Positions 26,605 through 38,865 of a stretch of DNA of 64,000 nt are shown one piece after another (within the stretch, counting starts at the first letter, position 1; every line of letters begins with the position of its first letter). The position numbers and the translations under genes were made by a program. The DNA lies in the NCBI GenBank assembly GCA_973895155.1, contig OZ316891.1:18213802-18277801 (forward strand), written 5' to 3'. Below the pieces are notes generated by a model. The model saw nothing but the letters and a program-made list of their open reading frames with translations, did not search any database and had not been told where the DNA came from. The DNA is from Marsupella aquatica (lineage: Eukaryota > Plantae > Marchantiophyta).

Positions 26605-28280
26605 CAGCTCCTCATTAGAGTATTCACATCATTTTCTGATATCAGTCCTATCAGACTCAACATTCTTCACCTCAATTCAGGATGACAATCCAACGGACAG
26701 CGCCCCTTACCAGTGTGCCTGATACTTGCTTTACTGGACGTGTCTACTAAACAGCTCCTAGTGCTTCAGAAAATAGTATGTCGTGTTAGTGGAAAATTTT
26801 GTGCCGAAATGTGGTGCGGGGAAAAGTTTAGCTGGAATGGATCTAGTTGCCTGGAAGACGAGACTGATTAGGTGGAATGTGGTGGGGCACTGGATGCCGG
26901 GTTTCCCAATTTAGGTATATTCACAAAAACCCCATGCAAAATACAGGGACACTGAATCGTAGGATGTGGCTGATCAAGTAATGCAAGATAACTGGAAACG
27001 ACCATCCAATCATGGTAAAGTAGGATGTATTGGAGGTGCGAATGTTAAGGTGGAAGGGGTTTTTGTCAAACACAATTTTGCTCAAGATACGAAACGTAGT
27101 GTAAAATGTTCAGAGTTTTGCTTGTGCCCGAGGTTCAACGGATGCACCCTGGTTGACTTGTTTGCTCATTCAAATTTTATGGCAATTGAGTCAAGATGCA
27201 GTTCGAGAACTTTTCAACCAAAGGTCAAATCTCTCTCATCTATGCCTTTGGGGACGTCAGATGAAGAACTGTCAACTGGGGACGCTTTTCTCTCATTTGT
27301 ACTTTCTGGTGTCCCACTACTTTGGTCAAGGGTGTCCCACTTTGAACTCGAAATTTTAGAACACCCAACTCGGCGTCCTTCTGAAAACTCCCCAGAGCAG
27401 CCCAAGATGTAACAGCTAAAAATGACGTATCGACATTCCGAATCCCGAAAACCTTTACCACTTATATGAGGTATATATCTCTGATGGTTAGTGGAAGCGT
27501 CTTCTTTCCCTACGGTGTTCACTTCCCTTCTCTTTCTGTGCGCCAAGTACCCTGTATTTACGAATCCAAGGCTGATTTTAGTTCTGGCTCCTCTTCCATC
27601 TCCAGGAAATCCATCAGGGCTAACTCTGCTTGTTTCCTGTGGTTCATTGCTAGCGATTCTACTTCCTTCAAACTCAGCCAACCTACGTGGGTGACAACCG
27701 ACAAGATTCTCCTAGTCCGCCACCAGTGGACATTTTCACCGCTTTCTAATTGAACGTTCAACCTTCGTGGGTGGGACAAGATACTCGTCAATGCAAACAA
27801 GAGCAGGGGATGGTCGTTCTGAATCTCTGATGGACCTCCATAACGAGGGGCGATGAAGGTGATCATTATGCAGAGTAGCCAGAGGGTGGTTCTTCTGGAG
27901 GGATTGCCGAATTGTGGGGATCACAGGATACCCAAACCTTTGTCTCCTGGTGGGTTCTGCTGGCATCTTCGTCGTGCAATTCTTACTACTAGAAGCTCTG
28001 CTTCTTGAAATTAGAGACTGCGGAGCCCAAAAAGGCTACCTTGGCTTGTCTAAACCTCGCCAAAGATAGTAATAGAGAATCTAAGGTAGCCAAGAGTTTA
28101 ATTTCTCCACGATTAATTTGAAAGGGTTTAAGGTTTAAGAGCATAAATGAGGGCGTCGAGCTCGTGAAGCGTTTCAGAGAATATCTCTTCAGAACGTTAA
28201 CTTCCTCTCTTTATCAACTCTCTACAATGCTCTAAGATCAAAATATTCTAGTAGGAACCAGTTTCGTGCGCCTGGATGAG

Positions 28281-29735
28281 TTAATGGAACCCAACAGGTT
28301 CCGCAAGTCCACTTTGAACTATAGAAAGTACTTTATACCTGTTCCCCATCCCACTCGGAACTTTCATGCCATCATCATCATAATCTTCCAGCCACTGAGG
28401 GGGCCCATCACCGACTAAAATCCAATAGCCCAGTTGAAGAGCTTCGTGTTGCTTTTCAGACGTAGCCGCATTGAGCAACCTTTCTAACCGCATATTGATC
28501 CCAAGGCTACCTAAGAACTTAGATTGTGTCACTGGCCCATATACTGATGCTCCACCTACATTCTTCACTGCACTTTTGACTGCCGAGAAGTCCACATAAG
28601 CACTAAGATCCGCTGAGCCGGGATCCTCCAACACATTGACAAATTGGTGCTTCCGAATGGCCTGTAAACTATCAGTGACAACCTTGTCCTCTCCATAGTC
28701 GATAATAAGAGCACCACCACCGTCCTCTGCAATCCTCTTTGCTATATGCTCTGTCAGCTTCCAAGCTTGAGGACACACCTCCACATGCTCTAGCTTAGCC
28801 TTCTCTTCTTTAGTAGCCCAGAGCAGCCTCTGCTCAAGATAGAGTGTGCTCGCTGTGGTGGGCCTCGGTGACAACACAAACCGGAATTCAGGCCGATGGT
28901 TTTCAGCTACATCCACCAATTTCTCACACCAACCCCGCGAGGTTTTCTGAAACTGGTGGATGGGGAGGGCGTCATAAAATTCATGGGCAATGATAACACA
29001 AGGCATTCCTCGAGGGACTTCCTGAAGCTCCACGTGCCAGGATTTCGGCACGGAAGCAAAGCTCAAAGCCTTTTCCTGCATTGTCCTCAGCGTTGGACCG
29101 CATTCCACGAAATGGATCCTCACCGCTGAAGAGAATTCGACAAACTTGGCTGTGCTACGAATCAGATCTGCCATCAGAGTCCCCCGCCCGGGTCCCAGCT
29201 CCACCAGAGCCAACTCGTTCGGTTTCCCAAGCTGCTCCCACAGGAGCATGCTCCAAATCCCCAGCATCTCTCCAAACATCTGGCTGCTGTCCGGGGATGT
29301 CACGAAATCCCCCCTGGTGCCAAACACGTCCCGATTCATGTAGAAACCGGCATTAGGGTTGGTGAGGACCTCCTCCATGAACTCGGCTACGGAAATAGGT
29401 CCACCCCTGAATCTGATGAGAGCGCTAATGTGCTTTGCCAAGGCCGACTGCTCGACCGTCCGAGAGTGATCCAGACCTTGCTGCTCCGCGGTATGAGGGA
29501 GAATGAGACCAGACCGATCCACAGCGACAACGCTCGGCTCCTTCTGATGATCATCATCTTCCCTTGCTGCTGCTGGATTTCTTCCTCGGAAGGTAGACGA
29601 GACAGACGAGAGAGAGCGTTGTTGGATGGGCAAGAGAGGTTGCTGATGCATGAAGGTGGGGATTCCAGCAGTAGAGAATGAAGATCGACATCGTGAGCGA
29701 AGTAACGCCCTCGCAGCTGCACCAGCAGCGGCCAT
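28281..29735 (-). CDS. NDUFAF7: Mitochondrial protein arginine methyltransferase NDUFAF7/MidA homolog, single-exon CDS
   Basis: Open ORF of about 484 aa from ATG 29735. Presequence-like N-terminus; GPISVAEFMEEVLTNPNAGFYM.RDVFG..GDFVTSP; VELGPGRGTLMAD; AHEFYDALP; IIDYG; ADLSAYVDF; GMG.RYKV. Confidence 0.93.
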   Translation of the reverse strand: MAAAGAAARALLRSRCRSSFSTAGIPTFMHQQPLLPIQQRSLSSVSSTFRGRNPAAAREDDDHQKEPSVVAVDRSGLILPHTAEQQGLDHSRTVEQSALAKHISALIRFRGGPISVAEFMEEVLTNPNAGFYMNRDVFGTRGDFVTSPDSSQMFGEMLGIWSMLLWEQLGKPNELALVELGPGRGTLMADLIRSTAKFVEFSSAVRIHFVECGPTLRTMQEKALSFASVPKSWHVELQEVPRGMPCVIIAHEFYDALPIHQFQKTSRGWCEKLVDVAENHRPEFRFVLSPRPTTASTLYLEQRLLWATKEEKAKLEHVEVCPQAWKLTEHIAKRIAEDGGGALIIDYGEDKVVTDSLQAIRKHQFVNVLEDPGSADLSAYVDFSAVKSAVKNVGGASVYGPVTQSKFLGSLGINMRLERLLNAATSEKQHEALQLGYWILVGDGPPQWLEDYDDDGMKVPSGMGNRYKVLSIVQSGLAEPVGFH

Positions 29736-29849
29736 TGTTACCACCAAACCTCAGCTCAGCTCACTTTGACCTCCGATTTGCTGCTGAAGCCTTGTCGAGA
29801 AGCTGGAGCTGCTGTTGGGGTTCAATTTCAGTGGACAGAGGTCGATGCA

Positions 29850-30340
29850 ATGCCCCTATATACATCAGGAGACAATTATACTCAAATTCTGAATGCCCTT
29901 TGTGGGTTTCCCCTTTGTAATTTTGAGGGCATCTGAGGGCATTTCTCGAGAAGAATGCCATGGGCGAAACAATACTGCAATTCTTAATGTCCCTCGTGGT
30001 TTTTCCCCTTTGTAATTTTGAGGGCCCGGGGTTTCTCCCTTTGTGTTTTTGAGGGCATTGAGGGTATACATGGAGAAGAATGCCATGCCCCTATCAGGAA
30101 ACAATGCTCAAGTTCTTAATGCCCTTAGAAGGGTTTCCCAGTGTTGTTCTCGAGGGCATTTGAATGTTTCTGGAAAAAGAATGCCATGCCCCTAGCAGAA
30201 AACAATACTCAAATTCTTTGATGCCCTTTTCCCTTTGTAATTTTGAGTGCATATGAGGGCATGTTTTTGAGCAGCATGCCATTCCCCTATCAGGAAACAA
30301 TACTCAAATTAGCAAAGACTTTGTGATTTTTCTCATTGGA
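29850..30340. repeat. ~95-120-bp degenerate tandem array (5 units) directly upstream of NDUFAF7; partial extra unit at about 30760-30830
   Basis: Recurrent aatgccatgcccctatcaggaaacaatactcaaattcttaatgccc...tttccctttgtaattttgagggcat. Confidence 0.8.
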
Positions 30341-32642
30341 TTTTTTAGTGCATTAATTTTCCATACTATCACCTTTCTTTTGAGAAGATGATTATGCCAA
30401 ACATGCACCTTACATCCAGGAGAATGTAAAAGTAAAAATAAGCTTACCACATAAAACAAATAAAAGATTGTAACCACAATGAAAGATACTATAGTCCTCC
30501 AACTACTTCCTAAGTATATGTGTATAAAGAATCTTTAAACTCTTTTATGCTTGACATCACTTGAATCGCAACAAATTGTTGGCCCATTAATCTATTTCAT
30601 AAGTTTACTTTTTTATGGCTGTTCCCATAAATTACTCAAGTTTTTACTGATGTCAATGTCCTAGTTACTGGCATTATGAGAATACGGCCCCTCAAAACTT
30701 GGGCTACTGTACTTGTTTTGGGGGCCACTATATCTCACAATGTTCTCTAATCAGGACATTATCCTTTACTTAATGCCCTTAGTGGCTTTTCCCTTTGTAA
30801 TTTTGAGACAAATGCCAGGGCATTTCTGACGAAGCCCACACAATGCCTTGTCAATAGTCAGCACTTTACTTTACTATGTACGTAGTGCCTGTCATGATTT
30901 TTTTTCAGGGGATTTAGGGAGAAGAATGCACATTCAAAATTTGGATCAGGTTGCTACAAAAGTTATTCTCTAATTGGAATTAAAATACTAAATACAAAAT
31001 GTTTTTAGGGCTATAAGTTTACTAAGGTACCCCTACCAAACTGAAGTATTTCTTCCCAATAAATATTTAGTTTCTTCCCTATAAAAAAGATTAATTGGTA
31101 CTAGAGCATTGTGGGCAAAAGTAGCCCCTCAAAACTGGTGTTACATCTCTCCATATGGGTGGCAATATTGCACACAATGCCTTGTAAACATTTATTCACT
31201 ATATAGAGTCATTGAACATTTTTCTCTTCATATTTTTCTATATTTCACAGTCAGAAAAAGACAAAGTTCACTTGGCTGAAACTGAGGGTGAAACTTCGCG
31301 TCTGTACACTGTGATGAGTTAGAGGTGAAACTCCATTAGCTGCTGGGGTGTCACTAAAAGTGCCTTCAGTTCTGCTCATTCCATGGGGTAGGGCTGGGGG
31401 CCTCATGTTCCAGTTCCCCGGGGCTATGTTGGACACAGTGCATCTCATCAAGAGTTTTTCAGAATTCTCATTATTTAGGGAGACTTAACTCTAACTCACC
31501 CTTTGGCCCAAAACTAAGTAAAGGAACCTCACATGGAGGGGTTTTAGTAAATAAGAATAAAAACCAAAAACTACAGAGCATATACTGCAATGACCATTGC
31601 TACGAAGACAAGAAAAATCGACCCAATGATTGGCTTTGGCACACAATCATCAACTGAGTGCCGCAGCACCACAAACTGCCCCAGGGTCCTAAAGATCACC
31701 AATTAACATAGTTGGGTAAAGAGTGGAGCAGGGCGAGCCAGCTAACACAGACATGACAAGACTCCAATTAGTAATCCTATAGGTGGGGGAGAAAAGTCCC
31801 ATACTCCTGATCAGGGAGTACTAGCGCTACTGACTTTTTGGCTCAAAATTGAGTAAGTACAGAATGAGGGGCTTTACCTTACAGCTGCAATTTGTTGGTA
31901 GAGGGTAAACAAGACACTTGGTCTGACTTGACCCCAAATTCTTGGTATGTGCCCTTCCCCTCAAAATAAATAAATAAATACAACCCACTGCCACAATAAA
32001 GCAAAGCCAGGCCATTTCAGAAGTAAAATAAAATGAATTGAAATTTGAAGACTGGATAGATTGGACCTCAATGTTTGTCAAAATATTTAAATTCATAAAA
32101 TTTTGCTACTAGGTTGGACTCCAGCCAAACACTATTTTCTGCTGTTACAGTACGTACATATTATACCAGTGAAACATAGCATGTAAATGGGACACTCATA
32201 TTTGGAACAAGAGATAGGGTATGGAAGCTAGAACGTGGCCTAGGACTCATGTATATTGGGTCTAGGTAATTGTATATCAAAATATGATGTATATGGTGTT
32301 AGTAGGACATACTTCTCTACCATGATAAATCTAGTTATTTTCTTTAAATAAATGATTGCAAACCTTATATTTTTATTTATGATTACAGGCAGGACCGAAC
32401 TGATTCTTATATTCAAAATATAAGACACTGCCACCGTTTGGAATCAAAATACGTTGGAATCAAAGTAATACTCCGAAATAGGAACTACAGAATACTAGTC
32501 GACTATTGCTTCTTATTTCCTAGTACTCCGTAGCACGGCTGTAGTTCTTCAAATTGCTCAGTTTGTTTCGTTCCAGTTTGGAACTCTCTATATTAGTTTA
32601 TTGTGAAGGCAATGCTTCAAATTAGAGACGAGAACCTTCACT

Positions 32643-32687
32643 CACGGCACGGCACGGCACGGCACGGCACGGCACAGCACTGCACTG
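32643..32687. repeat. (CACGG)n pentanucleotide microsatellite
   Basis: cacgg x6 followed by degenerate cacag, cactg, cactg. Confidence 0.9.
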
Positions 32688-32815
32688 TATTTCACCATAA
32701 TGGAGAACCTGCCAATTCGTTGGGATCTGGTTGATTGAATGTGGACCTTGATCGATGATCGAGCGTGCCCAGCCAGCTCCGTCCTAGCTGATGAGAGTCG
32801 GTATACGATTCGGTT

Positions 32816-33216
32816 GACACGTTCTGCCACGTCTCCATTGAGGAAGGCGTGGACAGTGTGCATGGCGCCATGGGAGCCTCCCGTGCCAGTACTCATGCCT
32901 CTCATGGACGTTCTTACAGTAATATTGCGCACACACCTGATCGGACGAAACTACGGCCACAATCTCTCCCGGGAAACCAGGGCACCACCCCGGCCTTTAG
33001 ATCTCCGACCTTGCATTTAGTGAATTATAATCAGGGACTTTGCAGTCTGAGCTTGCATGCAGCAACGAAGAAAGCAGTTCTTCGCATTCGCTACACTTGG
33101 CTCGTCCGCCATATCTCCCTCTTTCCACGCGCCGCCGTCCCCACGGTGCCACACCCAAATCAAATCCCCGATCAAATCCCCCCAAGCCTCCCTCGATCTT
33201 TAGTCCCTCTATATAT
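32816..33216 (+). promoter_or_regulatory. Putative ABA/dehydration-responsive promoter: paired ABREs, CE3-like motif, TATA box
   Basis: GACACGT (32816) and GCCACGT (32826) are ACGTG(G/T)C ABRE cores 10 bp apart. ccacgcg at about 33125; TATATAT at 33210-33216, about 180 bp before the ATG. Confidence 0.5.
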
Positions 33217-33390
33217 GATCGTCCCCAGCCTTCTCTAGACGGTTGTTTACGCACTTAAAATTTATCATTGAACTGTTGAGTACATATTTTCTAGAGTTCC
33301 TGGTATTCTCAATTGAAAGGTCAGACAGATTGTAGTTCTTTGTGCAATATCAATTTTCAGCTACATAGCTCGCTGCATCATTCGGTCAAC

Positions 33391-34813
33391 ATGGCATCCA
33401 TGAGCATTGCGGGCGCAGCAGTGGCAGCCATGCCTGCTGGTTTGAGAACTGGGGTGATGGAAAGCTCGGTCAGGAGCTGTCCTGCGCCTTCCACTGTCCT
33501 CATGGGACAGAACAAGGCCGCCGCTGTGTCGACAAGACGGTCTTCCGTTGTGGCACGGGCCTCTGCTTCAGAACAGGTACGTAACATGTATCTGGTTGAT
33601 TACTCCCCAATGTGAAATGGCATACAATATGCAGAGTAATGAAAGTTTTGGGGTCTATGAATTTTAAGAGAATGCAGCATCTTATTTCTGAGGCTGAGAG
33701 ATGTTGTAAGAGGGTGGGTCTGTAAATTTTAAGAAAATGCAGCATCTTAAGGCTGAGGCTGAGGCTGAGGCTGAGAGATGTTGTAAGAGGGTGTGCATGA
33801 GTCTGTGGAATGAGTTGATGGTTTTATGATTTTTAGTGATTGAAGTTCGATGTGACATGTATTCATCTTTGAATTCTCGGTTGCTTCTTAACGCAGAATA
33901 ACCAGGTCTGGAATGTTGCCAAGAATGCAGCAGCCGCGGCAGCAATCTCCCTGGTGCTCAGCTCATCCCCAGCTGTGCTGGCTATAGAGTCCAATGTATT
34001 CCCGAGTTTCCCAGACAATGGCGCTGGAGAATCTGTAAGCAGTGTTTCCAACCTGAAATTCTTTTTGTATGTGCACTGAATGATTGCAGACAGTTTAAGG
34101 GAAGAACTCATCTAAATTGCTTGGCGTAGTTACTGGTTCGAGACTCGTTAAGTCGTCGTTAGGCATGAACGACTCCACATTTTTGACCTTGCTGACTCCC
34201 ATGACGTTCCTGTTCAATGCGAATACTTGCCTTCGATCAAATTTTAATCCTCAATATCCAAACTTGTGCAAGCGATCGGGACTTTGCCAAGGTGCATTTT
34301 GACGGCCAAAAAGCTTGTGAGCCAGGGCGTAGTTTCTGTAGTATACCACTAAACCTCTAACGTTTCGTGCAGGCACGACAAATTTTGCAAGGCGCAAAGA
34401 AGGCAGGGGACGAGGCATTCGCCGAGGCGCAGAAGACTGGTCAGGAGACCACAGGGCAGGCTGCCAGTGCTCCATTTGCCGCACCGGCAATTAGCCAAGT
34501 GAATCCCAATGAAGATGGGGCTCCCGACGTCATTGGCGACACCATTGCCGCCAAAGCTGACGTAAGTAATACCGAATTCGCAGTTCTTCCCTGTTCCACC
34601 TTCACGAGTGCTTCTTTTCTGAGACAATGGAACATATTATAAATGAGGATACTCACCTGTGCCACGCTGTTGCTTGAGCAGGAAGCTGCGGAAAAAGCTC
34701 CCGGAACTGATCAGCAGAAAGGGAAGGGCTTCGTGAACCCTATCGAGAAGGCATTTTCCACCCCCCAGCGAGGACTGGGCGAAGGCGGACTCCCGAAGAA
34801 CGGATTGCCATAG
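33391..34813 (+). CDS. LEA-like hydrophilic protein with bipartite chloroplast/thylakoid-lumen targeting peptide, 4 exons
   Basis: Exons 33391-33576, 33897-34034, 34373-34561 and 34682-34813 (all phase 0, GT-AG). MASMSIAGAAV...RRSSVVARAS (stromal transit peptide), then NAAAAAAISLVLSSSPAVLA (hydrophobic lumen signal), then an A/E/K/Q/G-rich mature part (GAKKAGDEAFAEAQKTGQETTGQAAS). Confidence 0.75.
33650..33805. repeat. ~66-bp duplication in intron 1 with (ggctga)n expansion
   Basis: aattttaaga.aatgcagcatctta...ggctgagagatgttgtaagagggtg twice. Confidence 0.8.
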
Positions 34814-35776
34814 ACCCGGGTAGAGCCTTTGTATTTTTAGAAAACTACATCTGCTATTGAAGTCAGCGGCGCATGCTGGTGTGGGCAAAGCGTCCAGTAG
34901 GCCATCAGAAAAAGCCTTCGTGTACCATCAATGTATTTTACTAAAGTCGAGGAAAATGTGTCATTTGGATCATAGTTTAGCGGAGCATAAAGATGAATTG
35001 ATGGTGCTGGGGACGAACTTGGAAGTTCTGCTCCATCCGTCAGCTGTAACGGTTGTGACAATAATCTTTGAGAGTTTGTCAAAGTTTTGACATTTGTCAT
35101 TCGAACGGGCGTCCAGTGATGTGATGAGTGCTGTCTAAGAGCACTGGAAAACTTGACAAATTAATTCGTTGTTTCAACCATTTTAATTCCGGAATTGAAA
35201 TCCAGCCCATCGCCCACAATATGGATCCTTGCATGCAGGAGAAGGTTGCAATTTTTAGATTGCTTTTGTGGAAGGAACGCAACTTCCTTAGGCTGTTTCG
35301 TGATAAACTCTGCACTCAAAACATGACCTGAACACTTCACACGAACTTAAAAGTGAGGACCCGGGTGAGAAAATTAGATTGCTACGCACGTTTGTGTGCA
35401 TTGCGCTATGAGTTCGACTCCATATTTTCTTGAAATCGTCACTATTCCGATCGATCATATATCAGGACCCCTACCATCTAACGTCTTCATGTGCAAAAAG
35501 CATGATTGGAGTGAATGGACAGCAACACAATAGTTGCAAGTGAAACAAGTCCGTGATTGTCTTGTCTTGACCACAATCTTTGTTTGCCAGTAAAAATATC
35601 TATTAATATGAGCAAGGGATAATAATTGCTCCTGAATGGTTGCAAATTAATGAAGTCCGTCATTGTTTTGTCTCGACCGCAATCTTTGTTAATTTGCCAC
35701 TACAAATGTCAATTAACATGAGGAAGGGATATGTATTGCTCCTGAATAGTAGCAAATTAACATAATTTAATCAACT

Positions 35777-36340
35777 ACAATCCACCGTGTCTCTTCTAAA
35801 TGCAAGCTCCTGGGAAGAAGACTCTAGACTAGCATGCAACTGTGCACATTACTCTCTACTTTGTACTTATTTGTAACTGACATGTGCAGCTGGGGAGCCC
35901 TATTCTGCACGTACTAGTGAAACTCAGTATTAATAAGTAGAAGCGAAATATACTTTCAAGTAAGGACACCATGTTGGTACTTCTTCCACCTACCAGGGTA
36001 AATAATGTCAAATACTCTATTGAAATACTCTCAACTGAAAAACATCGACAATGTGTATCCGCTACTCTAAAAATTACTGCAAGTTTTATTCTCTAAGATA
36101 CTTGCCTTTTATCATTAAAAAAATTGTGCAGTAGTAGATTAGTGCATCCGTGCATCTACAAATTTTGCTCTTAGACATTTGTGTGCGTATGGTCACCTTG
36201 CTACTTGATAAGTAGTACCCACAAGTACAATTCCACTCACTAATCGATGATTTGTAGTTATATATGTTGCACTTACACTATATATAAATATCTATTGTGT
36301 GTGTGCACTTGATGAGAGTTTGCTCCACATCATAAGTACA
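35777..36340 (-). mobile_element. Decayed relative of the 20430-20936 MITE
   Basis: tacaatccaccgtgtct...ctaaatgcaagctcctgggaaga resembles the reverse complement of the MITE right end (tacagtctaccgtgtctaagtgcaggctcccgggaaga). Internal tgcactt...aagt motifs are shared, also at about 36900-37050. Confidence 0.5.
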
Positions 36341-36544
36341 AAATTTTGGAATTTGCATTTATTTAGGACAGTGTACTGTGCCTTGACGTGCCATTGGCCC
36401 TTGGTCACTTGACACTCTTGTGACCTTCCTAAATTGTATATCCTTGCTAACTCAGAAGTGCTAATTCTACTTGTGGTTAAATGACTTGCACGTATAAATA
36501 AATATGAGTGGAAGGATTTGTGTCCTATCCTGTAATCTTACTAT

Positions 36545-36760
36545 AAAAGAGAAAACTAAGTCTACTCTTAAGGGCCTAGGGTCTAGAGTGAATCCTCTAG
36601 GCCATAACTCCAATACAGACAAAAGTGATCATGAATCTCAATAAAACAAAACTTAAAATGAGGGTGGACAAAAATGATATTAACTTCAAACAAAGACAAA
36701 ACTGCAATGCAGGTGGACAAAAAACATGGATGGAACTTCTTCATATCTGTTTAACTTTCA
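36545..36760 (-). mobile_element. Dispersed repeat family A, copy 3
   Basis: ctaagtctactcttaagg..ctagggtctagagtgaa...aatacagacaaaagtgat...ttcttcatatctgttta is the reverse complement of 18115-18362. Confidence 0.65.
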
Positions 36761-38865
36761 AGGAAGGGGTAATCGGGCTAGTTGCACATGAATCACATAG
36801 ATTGTTTGCACTTATATTTATGTTATGTAGTGTAGCCCCGTTTTCCCCATTTTCCCTTAAGAAAATAGTGCAAAATGCACAGAGGGAAAAGGGAAGAACT
36901 ACATACCTTGCACTTATCCAAGATTCGCACTTATAAATTGTGCACTTAGAGGAGTCACTGTGCTGTCAACTTCTCCTAATTGTACACTTATGAGGAAGAA
37001 GCCAGGGCCTTTCAGTGACATGTGGATTGCACTAAGTGATAAGTGCAAATTTGCAGACTTTGCTCTTATAGGCTATCAACGCAGTGGCGCTTCTTGCTGC
37101 ATTTATCCAGGGTTTGCACTAATAGAGAGTTCACGGTAAAGTAGACTAGCAGAGCGGAGAAACCCAACGCGATGATTCTTCTTTCTGCAATTATTTTCCC
37201 ATGATTTGCACTTATAGAGGGTCCGCTGTAGAGCACAGTATCGGAGCGGAGAGACCAATGAGTGTGCCTCGAAGTGCTTCGATCGTTTTTACTGGGCGAC
37301 GAAGCAAAAGACATGCATGCGGTGCAAAGCGATGCTGAGCGAGCTCCATTCTGGATCCGCACCCTCGAACAACAATGAATGGACAATGTGTGTTTCTCGT
37401 CTGTAAGAAGAATGAGAAAAAATGAATGGACGATGCTCTCATTCCGTCAGTCAGGGACCTCGTGGCCGCCTCTCGTGAGTCTGTGGCTGCAGAATCTCTT
37501 CGCTCTCGATACAATCGCTTTCCGATTCCCTTTCCGTTGGCATCGATTTCTCCTCGTCCGGTGAGACGTCAATCTCCCTCCCTACTGCTTTCGTGGTCGT
37601 TTTGATCGCAGGAGTACTTTCGTGTTCACCAAATTTCCTGCATTGATTGAAGTGTTCGAAGTTGGTACGCGATACTGCTGGAGTAGTTACCGTCGTGAAT
37701 TGCATTGATTGGGAGTGTTTGAAGCTGCTAGAGTTGCCTTCGCCAAATGCATTGATTAGAGTGTTTGATCACTTGATGTCCGAATACAATTCCACTTTTG
37801 GTGCGAGATTGAATGACCGCGAGGCGTGGCGTGGCTCTGCCATTTCCTTTTCCTCTTCGTCGTCGTCCTTCCGCTCGCGTTATTTCTGAAATGCGCGTCT
37901 GATTTGAGATCTCATTTTGTGCATCAGGCTGCGGCGTTGTGACGTTCTTGATTGAGAGCTCATTCTCAGTCTTGGCGGGGAAGCCTTTTGTCGTGGATCC
38001 TCGTAATCAGTGAGGGATGACAGCTCGGAATGAGTTTTATTAGAGTGTTTTTCCAAGGCGCGAAATTGAGCTCGCCGAACTGCAGCACCGTACCATGGTA
38101 GTTGGACGAGGTGAGAAGCGTTTTCGAGGAATTAATGTAGCCATGACCAATGATTCTGTTTTAGTGTTTTACGGTTGCGACTATTTGCGAAGAGAGTCTG
38201 GTTAACTTAAAAGACCTCTGAATTTTGGTTTTGAATTTGCCTGCTGGCTAGCTTGATCTAGTACTACCGCAGTGGAGACAGTTTAAATCCCTGTCTACTG
38301 TTTATGGAGGTTCTTCCTGTGATATTCTTCTACATTTTCTACATTCTCCGGCTTGATTTTCCGGTATTGCATGTTGTTCCTCTTTCACTTTTGTGCATCT
38401 TTAATTTCTGCTACTTCATTGCCTTCTTCACTCTCTGATTCTTTATTCTCCTCTGCTTCAAGAATTTCTTCTTCATAATCATCTCATTCTTCATTCTCGT
38501 TGTTCCTCTTCGTCCTGCCGTGCATTTTTTCCTGATGACTTGAAGTTCTATGGTAGTGCTCCAGTGAAATGTGCGGTATCTTCAGAATCTTGATGCCACC
38601 AACGCCGTATTGCACGATGGAATGTGCCCATACCGTGAGCCTTATGGAACTGCGGGTTATCATGAGCATGTTTTAGTAATTCCTGAAATTGCTGTGAATG
38701 CTCAACAGGGGCAGAAATTGCCGCGCCCGTACTGCATCTTCTAAGTACTGCCGGGTGACGGTCCTCGTACGGCAGCTACCATGTCATCATCTGAGGGGCC
38801 GTTGTTTCTCCAGTAGCGGTTTGGCACGCCAGGGAAAATCAGGAGTTTAGTGTCTCTTAACAGCT

